NCBI GenBank assembly: GCA_030248215.1
Contig: JASANG010003005.1
Location: 62,001-126,000 of the forward strand
Direction: 5' to 3'
DNA from: Enoplolaimus lenunculus
Lineage: Eukaryota
Length of the DNA: 64,000 bases
The notes under the pieces are model-generated. The model did no database searches. It was not told the origin of the DNA and was given only the letters and a program-made list of their open reading frames with translations. A program made the position numbers and the translations under genes. Below are positions 1 to 46,710 of the stretch, in pieces; the stretch's first letter is position 1, and each line of letters begins with the position of its first letter.

Positions 1-116
1 TTATAATCACCAAAATTGTCAAAACAAAAATAGTAACGAACAAGATGTTTGGCCGGAAAATCCGTCGGTGATAGACGTCAAATAAAAATAAATTTTATGC
101 CGTAAAAATATTATAC

Positions 117-34678
<34,562 letters not shown>

Positions 34679-35514
34679 AATAAGTTCATGTTTTACGTCA
34701 CACTTTAACAATTAACAAAGTGCCGCAGAACTAAAACACCAATAGCACTGTTTACGCAGGACAGATTCAAATTGGACAGATACAGAGCGCAAATAAAGCA
34801 CAATTACAGAGTAATACGGCACTCCTTCGTTATAGGGTCAAAAAATAATCATGGAAAAAAATGGCTTTTTGCAAAAAATTTTGTATTTTCGTGTTCATCA
34901 ATTTCGAAATTTTTCCAAAAAAATTCAATTTTTTTCATTTTACATAAACCTCCATAGTTTCTGAAATTCTTCAGGAATCTGGTGTATGAAATTTTTTACT
35001 TACAGGTCTTTAACAGTGTGATTCATAAATGATTAAGACAAATATTTCTGAAATAAATGACAAATATGTCTGATATATAAGACATATATGTCTGAAATTA
35101 AAGACTTGATTTGCTAATTTTTGAGACATATGTGATAGAAACAAGATATTCAAGAGAAGTCTCCTTCAAAATTGCGACTGGAGCTCAACCAAATTCCCTA
35201 ATTTTACAACTTAAAACCTGTATACTGACATAGCATGAAAGCTACGTATTTCGGATGGAAGGAGGGGTACACTGGAAATGTAAAGCAAGTTTTTTTTACT
35301 TAAAAATGTTTCATAGAGGCGACGTTTACCTTAATAAATTTCACTAAAACTCCCGATGAATTACCCAATGCCCGTTGGCCTATCCCTTTGAGCCTGTACA
35401 AAAACTAACAGGTAAACTGCTTCTTGCCGACGCCGAATCTGGGTCAATATGTTCCCGTACAATAGGCGGAATTGCAGATAGAGAAGCAGACGTTTGTGAT
35501 CCCGGTTCCAACGT

Positions 35515-36422
35515 CCTGGTGCATATTCAATAAATGCAATGCGCATTGTGTTGTACAGTCAACACATATAGTCGACGAAACATGCAGTTTGAGAGGCGGG
35601 CTGCGTGGCGCAGAGTAACCGCGTCTGCCTGACACGCAGAAGGTCGCTAGTTCGAAACCACCCGTAACCCGCTTTTCCAGCTGCTTGGAAGAAAGGTCTG
35701 ATGTCCCGGTTCTTACCTAGACTGACATGGGGCCACGCCGTGAGCGCAATGGTAAACTGCCGCGCTATGAACACGGTATTCAGTCGAAAATAGGATGGAC
35801 GGTCAAGGGACGACCTTGTTGAAAATAAGGGCACGTAAGCATGTGAGACATGCTTGTCCGTTAAATATAGTGCAGTGCACTGTATGTATGCTAGCTGGCA
35901 GCATACGGTCGACACATATAGTCGACGAAAAATGCAGTTGGAGAGGCGGGCTACGTGGCGCAGTGGTAGAGTGTTCGCTTATGGATCCGTAGGCTGAGAG
36001 TTCGATCCCCGCTCTAGTCCGCTTTTCCAGCTGCTTAGTAAAAAGGTCTAATGTCCCTTGGTTCCTACCTAGACTGATATGGGGGCCACGCCATGAGTGC
36101 AATAGCAAATTGCCGCGCTATGAGCGCGATATCCAGTCTAAAATAGGATGGACGGTCAAGGGACGACCTTGTTGAAAATAAGGGCATGTAAGCATGCGAG
36201 ATATGCTTGTGCTGGTGCATATGCAATAAATGCAATGCACATTGTGTAGTACGGTCGACACATATAGTCGATGAAAAATGCAGTTGGAAAGGCGGGATGC
36301 GTAGCGCAGTGGTAGAGTGCGCGCTTAAGGATCCATAGGCTGAGAGTTCGATCCCCGCTCTAGCCCGCTTTTCCAGCTGCTTCGTAGAAAGTTCTGATGC
36401 CTTGGTTCCTAGATAGACTGAC
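35515..36422 (+). repeat. Tandem array (~350-bp period, about 2.6 units) of tRNA-derived SINE-like units
   Basis: Heads at 35598, 35948 and 36294 with A box TGGCGCAGTGG and B box GTTCGA(A/T); shared bodies (cgcttttccagctgctt..., aggatggacggtcaagggacgacc). Confidence 0.75.
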
Positions 36423-36800
36423 TTACACTAGCTATCTATTAAATATATGTATCCATATCGATATCTTGAAAATTCTTGTTGCCTAGTATGGATGTGAAAC
36501 TATAGGTACCGAACGCTCAACTGGCAACATGAACGTCGCAACAGATACGTGCAAAACGTAAACTTAGGTTGGAGGACCTTGAGTTCAACTTGAATTTCTT
36601 AAAAACTCGCTTAACATTGTAAACGGAGCAACTGTTTTACAGAAATAAAAATCAGATAATAAATTGCTGAATATAACGCAACTATATCTGGAAATAAATT
36701 TGTAGCTTGTAGATTGTAAATAGCAATTTCTTGACGTTTATGTTTTAACAATTTCGGCTACAATTTCAGAAACAAATTTCTGAGCTGTAGGCTTTTTAAA

Positions 36801-37063
36801 CCCTTTCTCACATGAATATTTTCTATTTCCCCTGAGTCCTACTTTTGTGCTAGGATTCGAACTCAAGTGACTGGAGTGGGAGGAGTATACCATCCCCACT
36901 CAGCTATATTAGCTTGACGCTCGAGCCCGAGGGGGCTCTGACGTCTTATGGTGATTTAGTACTATGTATACGTGTTGCAATTGTTAAACACGGCGCGATA
37001 TATACTATTTAACGCATATACACTGCGCTGAGTTGCCTACAGGCAACTCAATGTGAGAAGGGG
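36801..37063. mobile_element. piggyBac-like MITE, copy 1
   Basis: 263 bp; TIR ccctttctcacat/atgtgagaagggg; degenerate TTAA flanks. Confidence 0.75.
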
Positions 37064-37281
37064 TTATAATACCAAAATACAAGACATTAATGTCATGAAA
37101 ATTTTAGAAAGTATGAGTTTTGAACCTACGTTTGTTTCCTTAGGAGAATATAAATAATCAAAGTTAATGGATATTTTGGGTTGAGTTAGAAATAAAAGTA
37201 TAGAATTCAAGACATATATGTCTGAACACCGTATCAAGACATAACTGTCTTAAATGTCAGACAATATTTCTTGAATATAAA

Positions 37282-37522
37282 CCTGGTGCAACCGGAATTC
37301 CGGTTCCGGTATAGGGAAATCCGGCATTTTTCACTATCCGGTTCCGGTAAAAAATCCGGCATTTTTTCACCGTAATTTTCTGGTATTTTCAGTACTGAAT
37401 ATTTTTTCTCATTCGAAAATATTTTTCGGCAACAAATATTTTTTATTTTCCCGTTCAAACTGCAGTTCCGGTATGTTTTAAACTTTCCGGTTCCGGTATT
37501 TTATAATTCCCGTTGCACCCTG
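37282..37522. mobile_element. hAT-like MITE
   Basis: ggtgcaaccggaatt...ccgttgcaccctg; imperfect 8-bp TSD aatataaa/aatatatt. Confidence 0.6.
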
Positions 37523-39052
37523 AATATATTTTAAGACAATTTTTTGTTTGTACCGTGCTTGGAGCGAAAAACTTTGTTGGAATGTTAGGCAAATTATATT
37601 GTACCATTCGGCGCAGTTCGTGGAGCTGAGTCGAAGTGTGTTAAATTTTCTGCAATCAAACGTCTAGCTAACGAGTTAGGGTCATATAATAGATTTGGCA
37701 TGCTGCCAACGGTTTGGGATGACGCCAAATCAGTTATTTGAACATTACTCGTTAACCAGAGATCTGACCATGAAAAATTTAACACAATTGGACTCAGCTT
37801 CACGAGCGACGTTGAGTGGTATTATTTGTCTAGCTTCTTAATTTGCCAATAATTCATAATGATCGTGGAATGACCACGAGAAGTCATGAAAAGCTCAAAT
37901 ATTCTATTTTCAAAATCCAACCACCTTTGGACAACGCTTCAGTTAGCTTACTTTTGCACACGGTAAGTTTGAAAACCAATTGACTAACACGCTGACAAAT
38001 TTTTTCAAAATTTTTCAAAAAAAGGACCGAAATTTAACACAAACTATGCAGGCGAGCGCTGCTTGCATAAACTTAAATATGAAACTTGCAGAACCAAATA
38101 TTTATGATGCATAATTCAGACTAAAAATGGCACTTTTTGCAAATTCTTGCAGCAGCATGTTTCTTAAGGCTGCGACCAACGAATAATTAAGCAGAGGGAT
38201 CTGAGCTGATATTTCCAATGGTGTGCGATGGCTGTGGGTATACCAAATGTAAGCTGACTTTTTCAGCGGATAATGGCCCCTTGGCGGGTCATCAGGTTCT
38301 GAGAGTCACAGAATTTGTTTCTGGAAACATCTGACCGTCTGGTCTCTATAATCCAGCGGCTACTTGTGATTTTTAATTTTGAGATAAGAGTCAACCGTGT
38401 ATTTATAGCGTAATTATTAGAAAAGTTTATAAAGTTTAGGTGTAGGCATTTAAGCTAGAATTATCTCCTTCAAACGTTGTGAAGACTGTGAGCAACAAAC
38501 TGCTGCAAGTTGGATCGCATAATCTGTGTCTTGCTTGTATAATCGGTGTTATAAAGGTCTTGGGGAGGGTTAGTAAATGTTAAACCGCCGCGTCACTGAA
38601 TCAGAGCGATACGTGTACATCGGGAAAGAACAAAACTAGAGGTGGCATTCAGGGTGTTAAAAGGGTTAACCAAAATCACGAACTTCTCACACAGCAAATA
38701 ATTTGTAGGAATATTCTGTTAACAACCGTAAACCTTGTAAAATCAATTAAACTCCCGAAACATTACGACGAAAAAGAATCAAAAGTTTAGTTCCTATAGG
38801 TAGAAAAATTAAGACTTTCTAATTGTTTTGAAATATTCAACGTTGCGCATAATTTCATATTTTACCGTGACAGTCAGGAATGAACTAAACATTTGTGCAT
38901 TCAATGAGATCTACTGACGTAAATTGGGATTGGATTCACAAATATATTAAACATCATTTGTGTCCGGTTTCGTTTAATATTTCAGTAAATGTTGTGTTTA
39001 AAACATTTAAAAGATGTTCGCTGCACCTTCCGTACCGCTAATGTAAACCTGT

Positions 39053-39594
39053 TGGCCAATGTTACGTTAAGGGGCGTAACAGTAGATTAAGCGTATTCGT
39101 AAGCCTCAGCCTAAGCCTAAAGCGTTTCAAAAATGTGTTCCCAAGCCTAAGCCTAAGCGTAAGCGTTGCAAAAAATGAGTTTTAAGCCTAAGCCTAAGCT
39201 TAAGCGTTGTCAAAATGTATTCCTAAGCCTAAGCCTAAGCCTAAGCAAAAAATGTAATCTAAAATCTAAACCTACTCTTTTATGAACCCACCAGAAACCT
39301 GGCCGCCCCTTAACCCTTTCTCACATGAATATTTTCTATTTACCCTGAGCCCTACTTTTATGCTAGGATTCGAATTCCAGTGATTGTAGTGGGAGGCACT
39401 TACCATCATCACTTAGCTATAGTAGCTGGACGCTCAAGCCCGAGGGGGCTCTCACTTCTTGTGGTGATTTAGTACTGTGTATACGTGTTGCAATTGTTAA
39501 ACACTGTGCGATATATATTATTTAACGTATATACACTGCGCTGAGTTGCCTATGGGCAACTCAATGTGAGAAGGGGTTAAAGTAACATGGGCCA
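39053..39594. mobile_element. TTAGGC MITE with nested piggyBac-like MITE (39314-39576, TTAA TSD)
   Basis: ggccaatgtt...(taagcc)n...gcccc[TTAA ccc...ggg TTAA]agtaacatgggcc. Confidence 0.8.
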
Positions 39595-39844
39595 ACCTGT
39601 TCATCATGTTTCAGTACGACGCAGTTGTGGCTTTATGTGTATAAGTGGCTGATCTGCATAAGGGAATTGATAAACGGGATACATCGTATCCCGAAACTTT
39701 GGAGACACTACAACAAAGCATTTGTTTACAACGTTTTGAATAACTTTTTATAAATCCTATAGAAGACAATACTCTTCTTTTAAGTAAATTTCATCCCAAA
39801 ATTAAATTCTGGGGCTACGCTTTTAATAAAACGATAACTGAAGT

Positions 39845-41764
39845 TTATTTTTTCCGCGTCACCGAACTCGAATGACTATTGTTAACATTTTGACAGCTAT
39901 CAGCACTACTTTCACCGGTTGTTCCATTATTGTGATAACTCGTATGATAAAGTTTGATGTGTTTTTGAATTTCATGTGCTCTTCCTGCTTCAATACAACT
40001 CAAATCTACGTCGTAACTTCTTGGCAGGCTCGTATATCGCGCAGTTGGGCCAAATTTATGTTTCACTGGAACATGTTGCGAAGATGCACATCTTGATAGC
40101 TGTGTTTGTAGCGGTACAGCTTGGGATTGGCCGTGTAAATTTTCATCAGTCAACACATATCGGACATGACGTGTCGAATTTCGGTTTTGAATAGTTGTGC
40201 CGTGTTTGTCCAGGTTTTTTTCGCTACAGTAAACTTGTTTTTGAGTGTCGAGTTCAGCAGACAGCTTCGTTTGTTGTTGTAATTGGCTTTGGCGTCGGTT
40301 ACAATGCTGATACGGTAAGAGTTGATTTTGCCACTGCTGACTTTGACCGTTATCGTGATAATCGTGCAACGATTTCCGTTGCTTTTTGTATTTTAGTTGA
40401 CTTTCGTCTTGAGTCTTTTGTGTTGCGTGGTCATGATGCTCAGCGTATTGGCGTCCGTGACGCGGTTGTTCTTCAGGATGAATTTGCTGATATGGATGAC
40501 GTACGCATCGATTGTGATACTTGAGATGTTCGGTTTTGCTACTAGAAACTTCTTCGTCTCCAGTTGCTTCGCTGTGACTGCTCGATTCCAATGCCGCGTT
40601 GTCTTCGAACACCGTTGGTTGCCGATTTTTCACGGTTGTTGTCGATTCATCCAACGTTTCTGGCGAACTCGCTGTATTGGTTGGTGATCCAGTTTTGTTT
40701 ACTGTTCGATTTTTGATCTCCAAACCAAATTTGCCATTCGAATCTTTCAATTGTACCGATTGGCCGCCGTCTGTGAATTCATCAGAAGAGTATGAACCGA
40801 TTTGATTGTTGCGTTCACAGCTCGCAGCAATCGACTGACCACTGATTGGAGCGTTTGGACAAATATTCTCAGATTCGTTAGTCGTTTCGTCGTCGTTGGC
40901 CGAAATGTTGTCGCACGTTTTCATATTAAATCTTGCCGGAGCAATGACACATCTGTGAGACGTCAACTGGTCAGCGCTGTTGTTTTCTGGTTGAACTAAC
41001 GCCAGTTTTAGATGCTGTCTATAGTCGCGAACGTAACAATAACAACTGCTTGCAATTAACAGTAACCAAATTGATATTAAACAAATCAAAAACGACAACA
41101 CTAACGCAATTATTGCAACAATAATTGCAGTTTGTTGCAGTGTGTTTGATTCAGATGCAGTATAATGGCCCCCGTGATCGCTTGACAATTCACTGCCTTG
41201 AACTTGATAAATTCGCTGTGAATTATCGTCAAAATTGCTACTTGTCTGATCTTTAAGTAATCGCAAAAGGCGCAACAGCCACAATCCATGACTTGGTCCT
41301 GCGCCCAGTGTTGCGATTAAAATACAAATAATTGAAACCGATAGAATTAATTCCGTCAAACGCCATATTAAATAGGGTAAAATTAAAATGTGACGGAATT
41401 TGCAAACACCGATAAGCATTGCACAAATTGTTACAATAATTGCAACGAAAAATGCAAGTTGACAACCATCGAGCGCAGTGAGCGAGTATGCGGTTTGGTG
41501 AGAATGCGATGCGATTGCAGATAATTGTGTCGTGCCTAACGTTGACCTGGAAACGGCGTCTGTGGTTCCGGACGGATAGAGTAATATGCGAAACGAATGA
41601 CATAACAGTGAAATCGCTTCCACGCACGCAACAATTGCACAACCGAGTCTGCTATGGCAACAACCGCAACAGCAACGATATTTTCGAGAATTGTGATTAA
41701 ATTCAACGGTAGCGTCGGTCACGTCGGAGCGAAGTGGTTTCGTAGATGACATACCGACGAACAT
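39845..41764 (-). CDS. Uncharacterised four-TM membrane protein (LAPTM/tetraspanning-like N-terminus, long Q/H/S-rich disordered tail), single coding exon
   Basis: 639-aa ORF in AT-rich DNA. In-frame TGA just upstream of the ATG. RCCCGCCH motif precedes TM1; about four hydrophobic helices in the first 245 aa. tttgcag acceptor 34 nt upstream (41799-41800). Confidence 0.8.
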   Translation of the reverse strand: MFVGMSSTKPLRSDVTDATVEFNHNSRKYRCCCGCCHSRLGCAIVACVEAISLLCHSFRILLYPSGTTDAVSRSTLGTTQLSAIASHSHQTAYSLTALDGCQLAFFVAIIVTICAMLIGVCKFRHILILPYLIWRLTELILSVSIICILIATLGAGPSHGLWLLRLLRLLKDQTSSNFDDNSQRIYQVQGSELSSDHGGHYTASESNTLQQTAIIVAIIALVLSFLICLISIWLLLIASSCYCYVRDYRQHLKLALVQPENNSADQLTSHRCVIAPARFNMKTCDNISANDDETTNESENICPNAPISGQSIAASCERNNQIGSYSSDEFTDGGQSVQLKDSNGKFGLEIKNRTVNKTGSPTNTASSPETLDESTTTVKNRQPTVFEDNAALESSSHSEATGDEEVSSSKTEHLKYHNRCVRHPYQQIHPEEQPRHGRQYAEHHDHATQKTQDESQLKYKKQRKSLHDYHDNGQSQQWQNQLLPYQHCNRRQSQLQQQTKLSAELDTQKQVYCSEKNLDKHGTTIQNRNSTRHVRYVLTDENLHGQSQAVPLQTQLSRCASSQHVPVKHKFGPTARYTSLPRSYDVDLSCIEAGRAHEIQKHIKLYHTSYHNNGTTGESSADSCQNVNNSHSSSVTRKK

Positions 41765-41835
41765 CTTTCAAATTAAAATTGTTTCAATTTTTAGACACCT
41801 GCAAACAATGTAACAATTTTGACTCATGTAGAGAA

Positions 41836-42253
41836 CAGCGCCGGATCGTTTTCCGCACGGGCTGTAAAACAGAGTCAGTTTAAGCTTTAGACTAATTTTT
41901 TGGTTAGGCTTACACTTAGGCTTAGGCTAATAGGAATAGGCTCATTCATGCGCTTAAGCTTAGGCATAGGTTTAGGCTTAGGAATAAGCACATTCATACG
42001 CTTAGGCTTAGGCTTAGGCTTAGGCTTAGGAATATGCTTATACTACTGTTCCGGCCCTGTTCTATACATGTAAAGATCAAGGGCGGAGAGTTTTTCTGTG
42101 GTACTAAAATAGAGTAAGCTTAAGCTTTAGACTGATTTTTTGCTTATGCTTAGGCTTAGGAATATGCTCATTCTTACGCTTAGGCTTAGGCTTAGGTTTA
42201 GGGTTAGGAATATGCTTATAATACTGTCCTGTCCCTGTTTTTTACATTGGCCC
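41836..42253. mobile_element. Two adjacent TTAGGC MITEs
   Basis: (ttaggc)n blocks with family termini ccggccctgttctatacatg and ttacattggcc. Confidence 0.75.
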
Positions 42254-42339
42254 AGCATTTGAACGGGAAACGATGTTGTACTAAACAGATTAAGCACTGA
42301 ACACGTTCAAAAATTTGCCAAACCACGGAGGTACAGTTC

Positions 42340-42782
42340 TGTAGTGACCAAAATAAGAGGATGTGGGGTAATTAGAGGGGTCCCCATTTTGAGTTGTAAT
42401 CAATAGGAGTCCGTATCCCTAATAAGAGTCCGTAAGCGAAGAGAGCCCTAAACCTTAATTAGAGTCTACGAAGGTCAGTTATTCCTAATTGTAGTGCATA
42501 AATGACTCCAGGACCAAATAAAATTGAGGTTGAATCTTTAAGGCGTACTTAAATCTTGAAAGTACATTCCTAAGTATAACTTTGCATGATCGCTCAAGCT
42601 ATCGACGCACGACAAATAAACGTTTAATTCAACGAATAGTTGCAGTGCCGGATATATATCAGTAACGAACGGCGGCGGAGCGTGGGTTAAAAATAAATAA
42701 CAGTCCGTAACCGAGTAACAAGGGGGGTACCCTCTGGAGTGCCCAAATAAATATCAATCCCCCTCTTATTCGAGTAACTACA
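42340..42782. mobile_element. TIR MITE (Tc1/pogo-like); partial copies at about 45750-46082 and 47985-48081
   Basis: TIR gtagtgacc..aataagagg / cctcttattcgagtaactac; internal sequence shared with 45750-46082. Confidence 0.65.
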
Positions 42783-43582
42783 ATACAAAGTATTAATTTA
42801 ACTTTTCCACAGTGCTGTACCTACAGTTTCCAAAATAATTTCAGTAAAACGGTCTCGCAATAAAACACAAAAGGTTGTGAAAAATTCAATCTCATAATTG
42901 ACTTTTGGGATATAGAGACTTATCATAAAGGCAATACCATAGCAAATAAACGCCAGGTATATTTTCAGCCAATCAATGAAGCGTAATGTTTCAGTAGTTC
43001 GGAAGTTTTCGAGCGGATCAAACTTTCAAATGTGCTTATTTATGGCTTTTAATATAATTAAAAAATGGCTCATTCCGCTAATGGTGGGTCGAAATTTTGT
43101 ATCAAAGGTTCAAAATCAAAATCATACCTAAATAAGCAGAAACCTCTGAACGTAAAAGTTATATGTTAAAATTACACTCGGGTGGAGTCGAATTTTACTC
43201 TGTCGGAGTCGAATTTGACTCATTTTGTGTATAGTACGCAAAAGTCTATTTCGGAGACAGTCAATTTGACTCACTATTTTTTGCTGTGTATCTATATCAT
43301 CAAATTAATCTATGGTGTTACACCAAGCCGACAAAACGTGCAACCACAGTAAAGTATCAAACATAGCGGTTTCTATTCGTCAATTTTAACGTATTAAAAT
43401 AAATTTCAATCGAATCAGATTGAAAACAGGTGAGTAGTATAGTCGCAGCTTTCCGCTCTCCGAAGAGCAGGAATCCAGGGGAGCTTGCGCGGCTCCGGGT
43501 ATGCTACTGAGATGCGCAGCAAGCTTTAAAACGGAAGGGCAACGAAATGCGAAAATTAATCCGATGACCGGTACGGTAGGCA

Positions 43583-43757
43583 CAGTGGCGGATCCAGGAT
43601 CTCAAAATGGGGGGGGGGGGCAAAATTTCACAGGTAATAAACTTACTTTTGACCCACACACAAACCACGAACTATTGTCACAAAATTGCTATATAATTTT
43701 TGTTGAGATGCTGTTGGGGGGGCACGGCCGGGGTGGCCCCCCATGGATCCGCCATTG
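43583..43757. mobile_element. hAT-like MITE
   Basis: cagtggcggatcc...ggatccgccattg; TSD ggtaggca/ggtatgca. Confidence 0.7.
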
Positions 43758-44561
43758 GGTATGCAACCAAAACTCAAACGTGGAGCGACGTAGTTCAAAG
43801 TACTCGAGCGACTCGAGCGAGCTGCGAACACAATTTCACTGTAAATTGCAGTGACTTGATTTTAATTCAAAATGAGTTGAATTTTACTAAGCCTGAATTA
43901 ATTAACACTTAAATTGCAACACGAAGCATAATAGTTTTACAGGTGGTTTAGGGGTGGTGACACAATGTAAAGAATAGGGGGTAACAGTATAATAAGCATA
44001 TTCCTAAACCTAATGTTAAGCCTAAGCCTAAGCCTAATCAATGAGCATATTACTAAGCCTAAGCCAAGCAAAAATTAGTCTAAAGCTTAAGCTTACTCTT
44101 TTCTAGTGCCACAGAATAACGTTCGCCCCTGATCTTTACATGGCCAAAGTGTCAATGACACCTGAACACTTTTCTACGCGTGCTGACTGTCATGGTCACC
44201 CCAAGCATACATCTTCTCACACATCTGAAAACCTGTGTCCGTTTGCGTTGCAGAAATACCTTAAATTGCGATACATTTAACCTCAAAGTAAGCTGTAAAT
44301 CACTTAAAATTGCACCGTTTTCAATACAAAAATATGATACACTTGTTCGACTTGAACAAAAGTGACAAAATTCGTCCAAAACGTTAACAACATTATAGAC
44401 GCATGCAATTTACTTCGATAAAGTTTATGAAATTCTTAGCCCAACCCAATTGCAAAATTGAAACATCTTTTGAACTTTATAATTCATCATAAAATATTTG
44501 CTGTGTTGTATCTCGTGACTCTAAATACGCTAACCATATTTGAATAAAGACAATTGCTCTA

Positions 44562-44759
44562 CACTGTAAAAAATGCGTAGTCAAATTGACTCTCTCGGAA
44601 ACAGGCTTCTCCTGACTACACAAACTGAGTCAAATTTGTTCTCCGCCAGAGTCAAATTCGATTCACTGTAGTCTCTCGGAGTCAAATTTGACTCAGTTTG
44701 TGTAGTCGGGAAAAGCCTGTTTCCGAGCGTGTCAATTTGACTCCCCATTTTTTACAGCG
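44562..44759. mobile_element. CACTG-terminated (CACTA/EnSpm-like) MITE family A
   Basis: TA|cactgtaaaaaatg...cattttttacagcg|TA with repeated gagtcaaatt motifs; copies at 49354-49540 and 50528-50723, fragment at about 43175-43290. Confidence 0.7.
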
Positions 44760-46637
44760 TAAAAGCTATTTTCAGCCAATCTGATAACCATTAAAAGAGC
44801 TTTAAAATCAACACAGCAATCTGTGCAATATAAAACAAGCAAATCTCTACGATCACGTTTACGCTTAAGACGCATGCGTAGCTGGCAAGGTTTACACGTC
44901 GCTCTAATACGTCAGGACAGCGAAGGGCTAGCAAAATTACACGGGATACCCATACAGACACTCTTGTTTTACTAATTATTCATACGAAATATGTTCAAGA
45001 AATTTTGTTTCACCTACAACCTATTGTAAAGAAAAGTATCATATTAGAGACGGACGTGCCCTTTGTTTTGAGCTGCAGATTCGCGTTGGTTCCTTTATTT
45101 TTAGGAAAGCTGATACGGTTTCATTTACCGAGGGTATCAGCCCATGTTAAACATGTTTTTTACGAGGGGACACAGCAAACGAGCATAATTTTAATGGTTG
45201 CACAACTGTCTTTGTCGTTCGTCAAAACAATACGATTGGTCATTTATTATTGTTGTTCCCCTCCTTATGGCTGTCGTTGCTTTATACTGCAAAAGAATAT
45301 TAACCAGTTGGGTGTGGTACAGCAAAATTGAGTTATACAAAACTGGCACGGTTTTCCTAGTGTACCATATTTCACTGAAGGGTACAATTGAGCGGTGTTC
45401 GCGTTGAGACTACAAACGCCGAGAATAAAGATTTTGGCCATTTTTTCCTACTATTGGCACAACCGTCAGAAGAGCGTTTAGACGAATGATTTTAGACTTT
45501 GAAAAATTAACTTCTGTCTTTTCTTTATGATGCTTGTATGGGGAAGAACAGGCGGCAGCGAATATATTCAGTTATATAGAAGTGGGATTTTGTTGACAAA
45601 CTTTTTTGGCTTTGACTCTTCAAACGTACGTGAAAAAAAAAGAAAACAATAACAACGTGGGCCAATGTAACTATTAGGGGCGTTGATCAAGATTAAGCGC
45701 ATTCGTAAGCCTAAGCCTATGCCTAAACGTTGCAAAAAAAGAGTTCGTAAGAGGATAGAGTCTCTAAACCCTAATTAGAGTGCATAAATGTCAATTATTT
45801 CTTACTGTAGTGCATAAACGACCACGACCAAATAAGTTGAGTTCGAAACTTTAAAGCATACTTGAGTCCTAAGTATAACCCTGCATTATCGCTCAAGCTA
45901 TTCACACAAGGCAAATAAAACGTTTAATTCGGCGGATTGTTGCAATACCGGATATATATCAGTAACAAAGGGCGGCGGGAGGCGGGTTAAAAATAAATAA
46001 CAGTCCGTAACCGAATAACAACGGGGGTACCCTCTAGAAAGGCCAATAAATATCAGTCCCCCTCTTATTCGAGTCACTACTGTACGCTTGTCACAAAAGT
46101 TTCTTAGCCTCTTCGTATTTTAAAGTTGGCTACTGGTCTGAAAGCGAACATTTGGTTGATGTCGGAAATCGAAGATAACCAGTTAAACAACAAAGAGCCA
46201 GATGGTTGCTGTCTACTCCGGATGGAAGACTCTGATTTCTGATTGCAAAATACAACTGGTTCTGTGCGGAAATTGCGGACAATCACCATTTAATTGCATT
46301 GACAACAAAACAGATTTTACTACCATAACAGCTAATTCTGTATTACGCTAATGTGGCGAAAAAAACTGTTTCTAGGCTCATGTTGGAGGAATCGTACCTG
46401 TTTTTATGCTGGACTCCAATATATTGTAACACCATCCTGACTGAACTGTAACCTCAACCCGCTTCCAATACTCACCGCTACAGTTTCCACCAACAGCTGT
46501 GTGCCATCGTCCAAAATAATTCTGTGCGCTAAGCAGTAGTAATTGTGAGTATAGGCGGCTTGTGTATGTGCGGAGTGTGTAATGTTAAGACATATACATA
46601 CTCGTGTGCATATACCACCAGAGGAAATTAGGATAGC

Positions 46638-46710
46638 GGCCGCGTGGTGTAATGGGTAGCGCGCTTGACTCGCGAGCGAGAGGTTCGAGGTTCGATTCCC
46701 GGCGTGGCCA
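46638..46710 (+). pseudogene. tRNA-like sequence (anticodon CGC, Ala-like); probably a SINE head or tRNA pseudogene
   Basis: Acceptor stem GGCCGCG/CGTGGCC-A and A/B boxes present, but two mismatches in the T stem and one in the anticodon stem. Confidence 0.6.

Noticed and set aside
34733..39845. Operon linking the four-TM gene and NF1
   Set aside because: Same strand but about 5 kb apart and filled with repeats, far longer than typical nematode intercistronic spacing.
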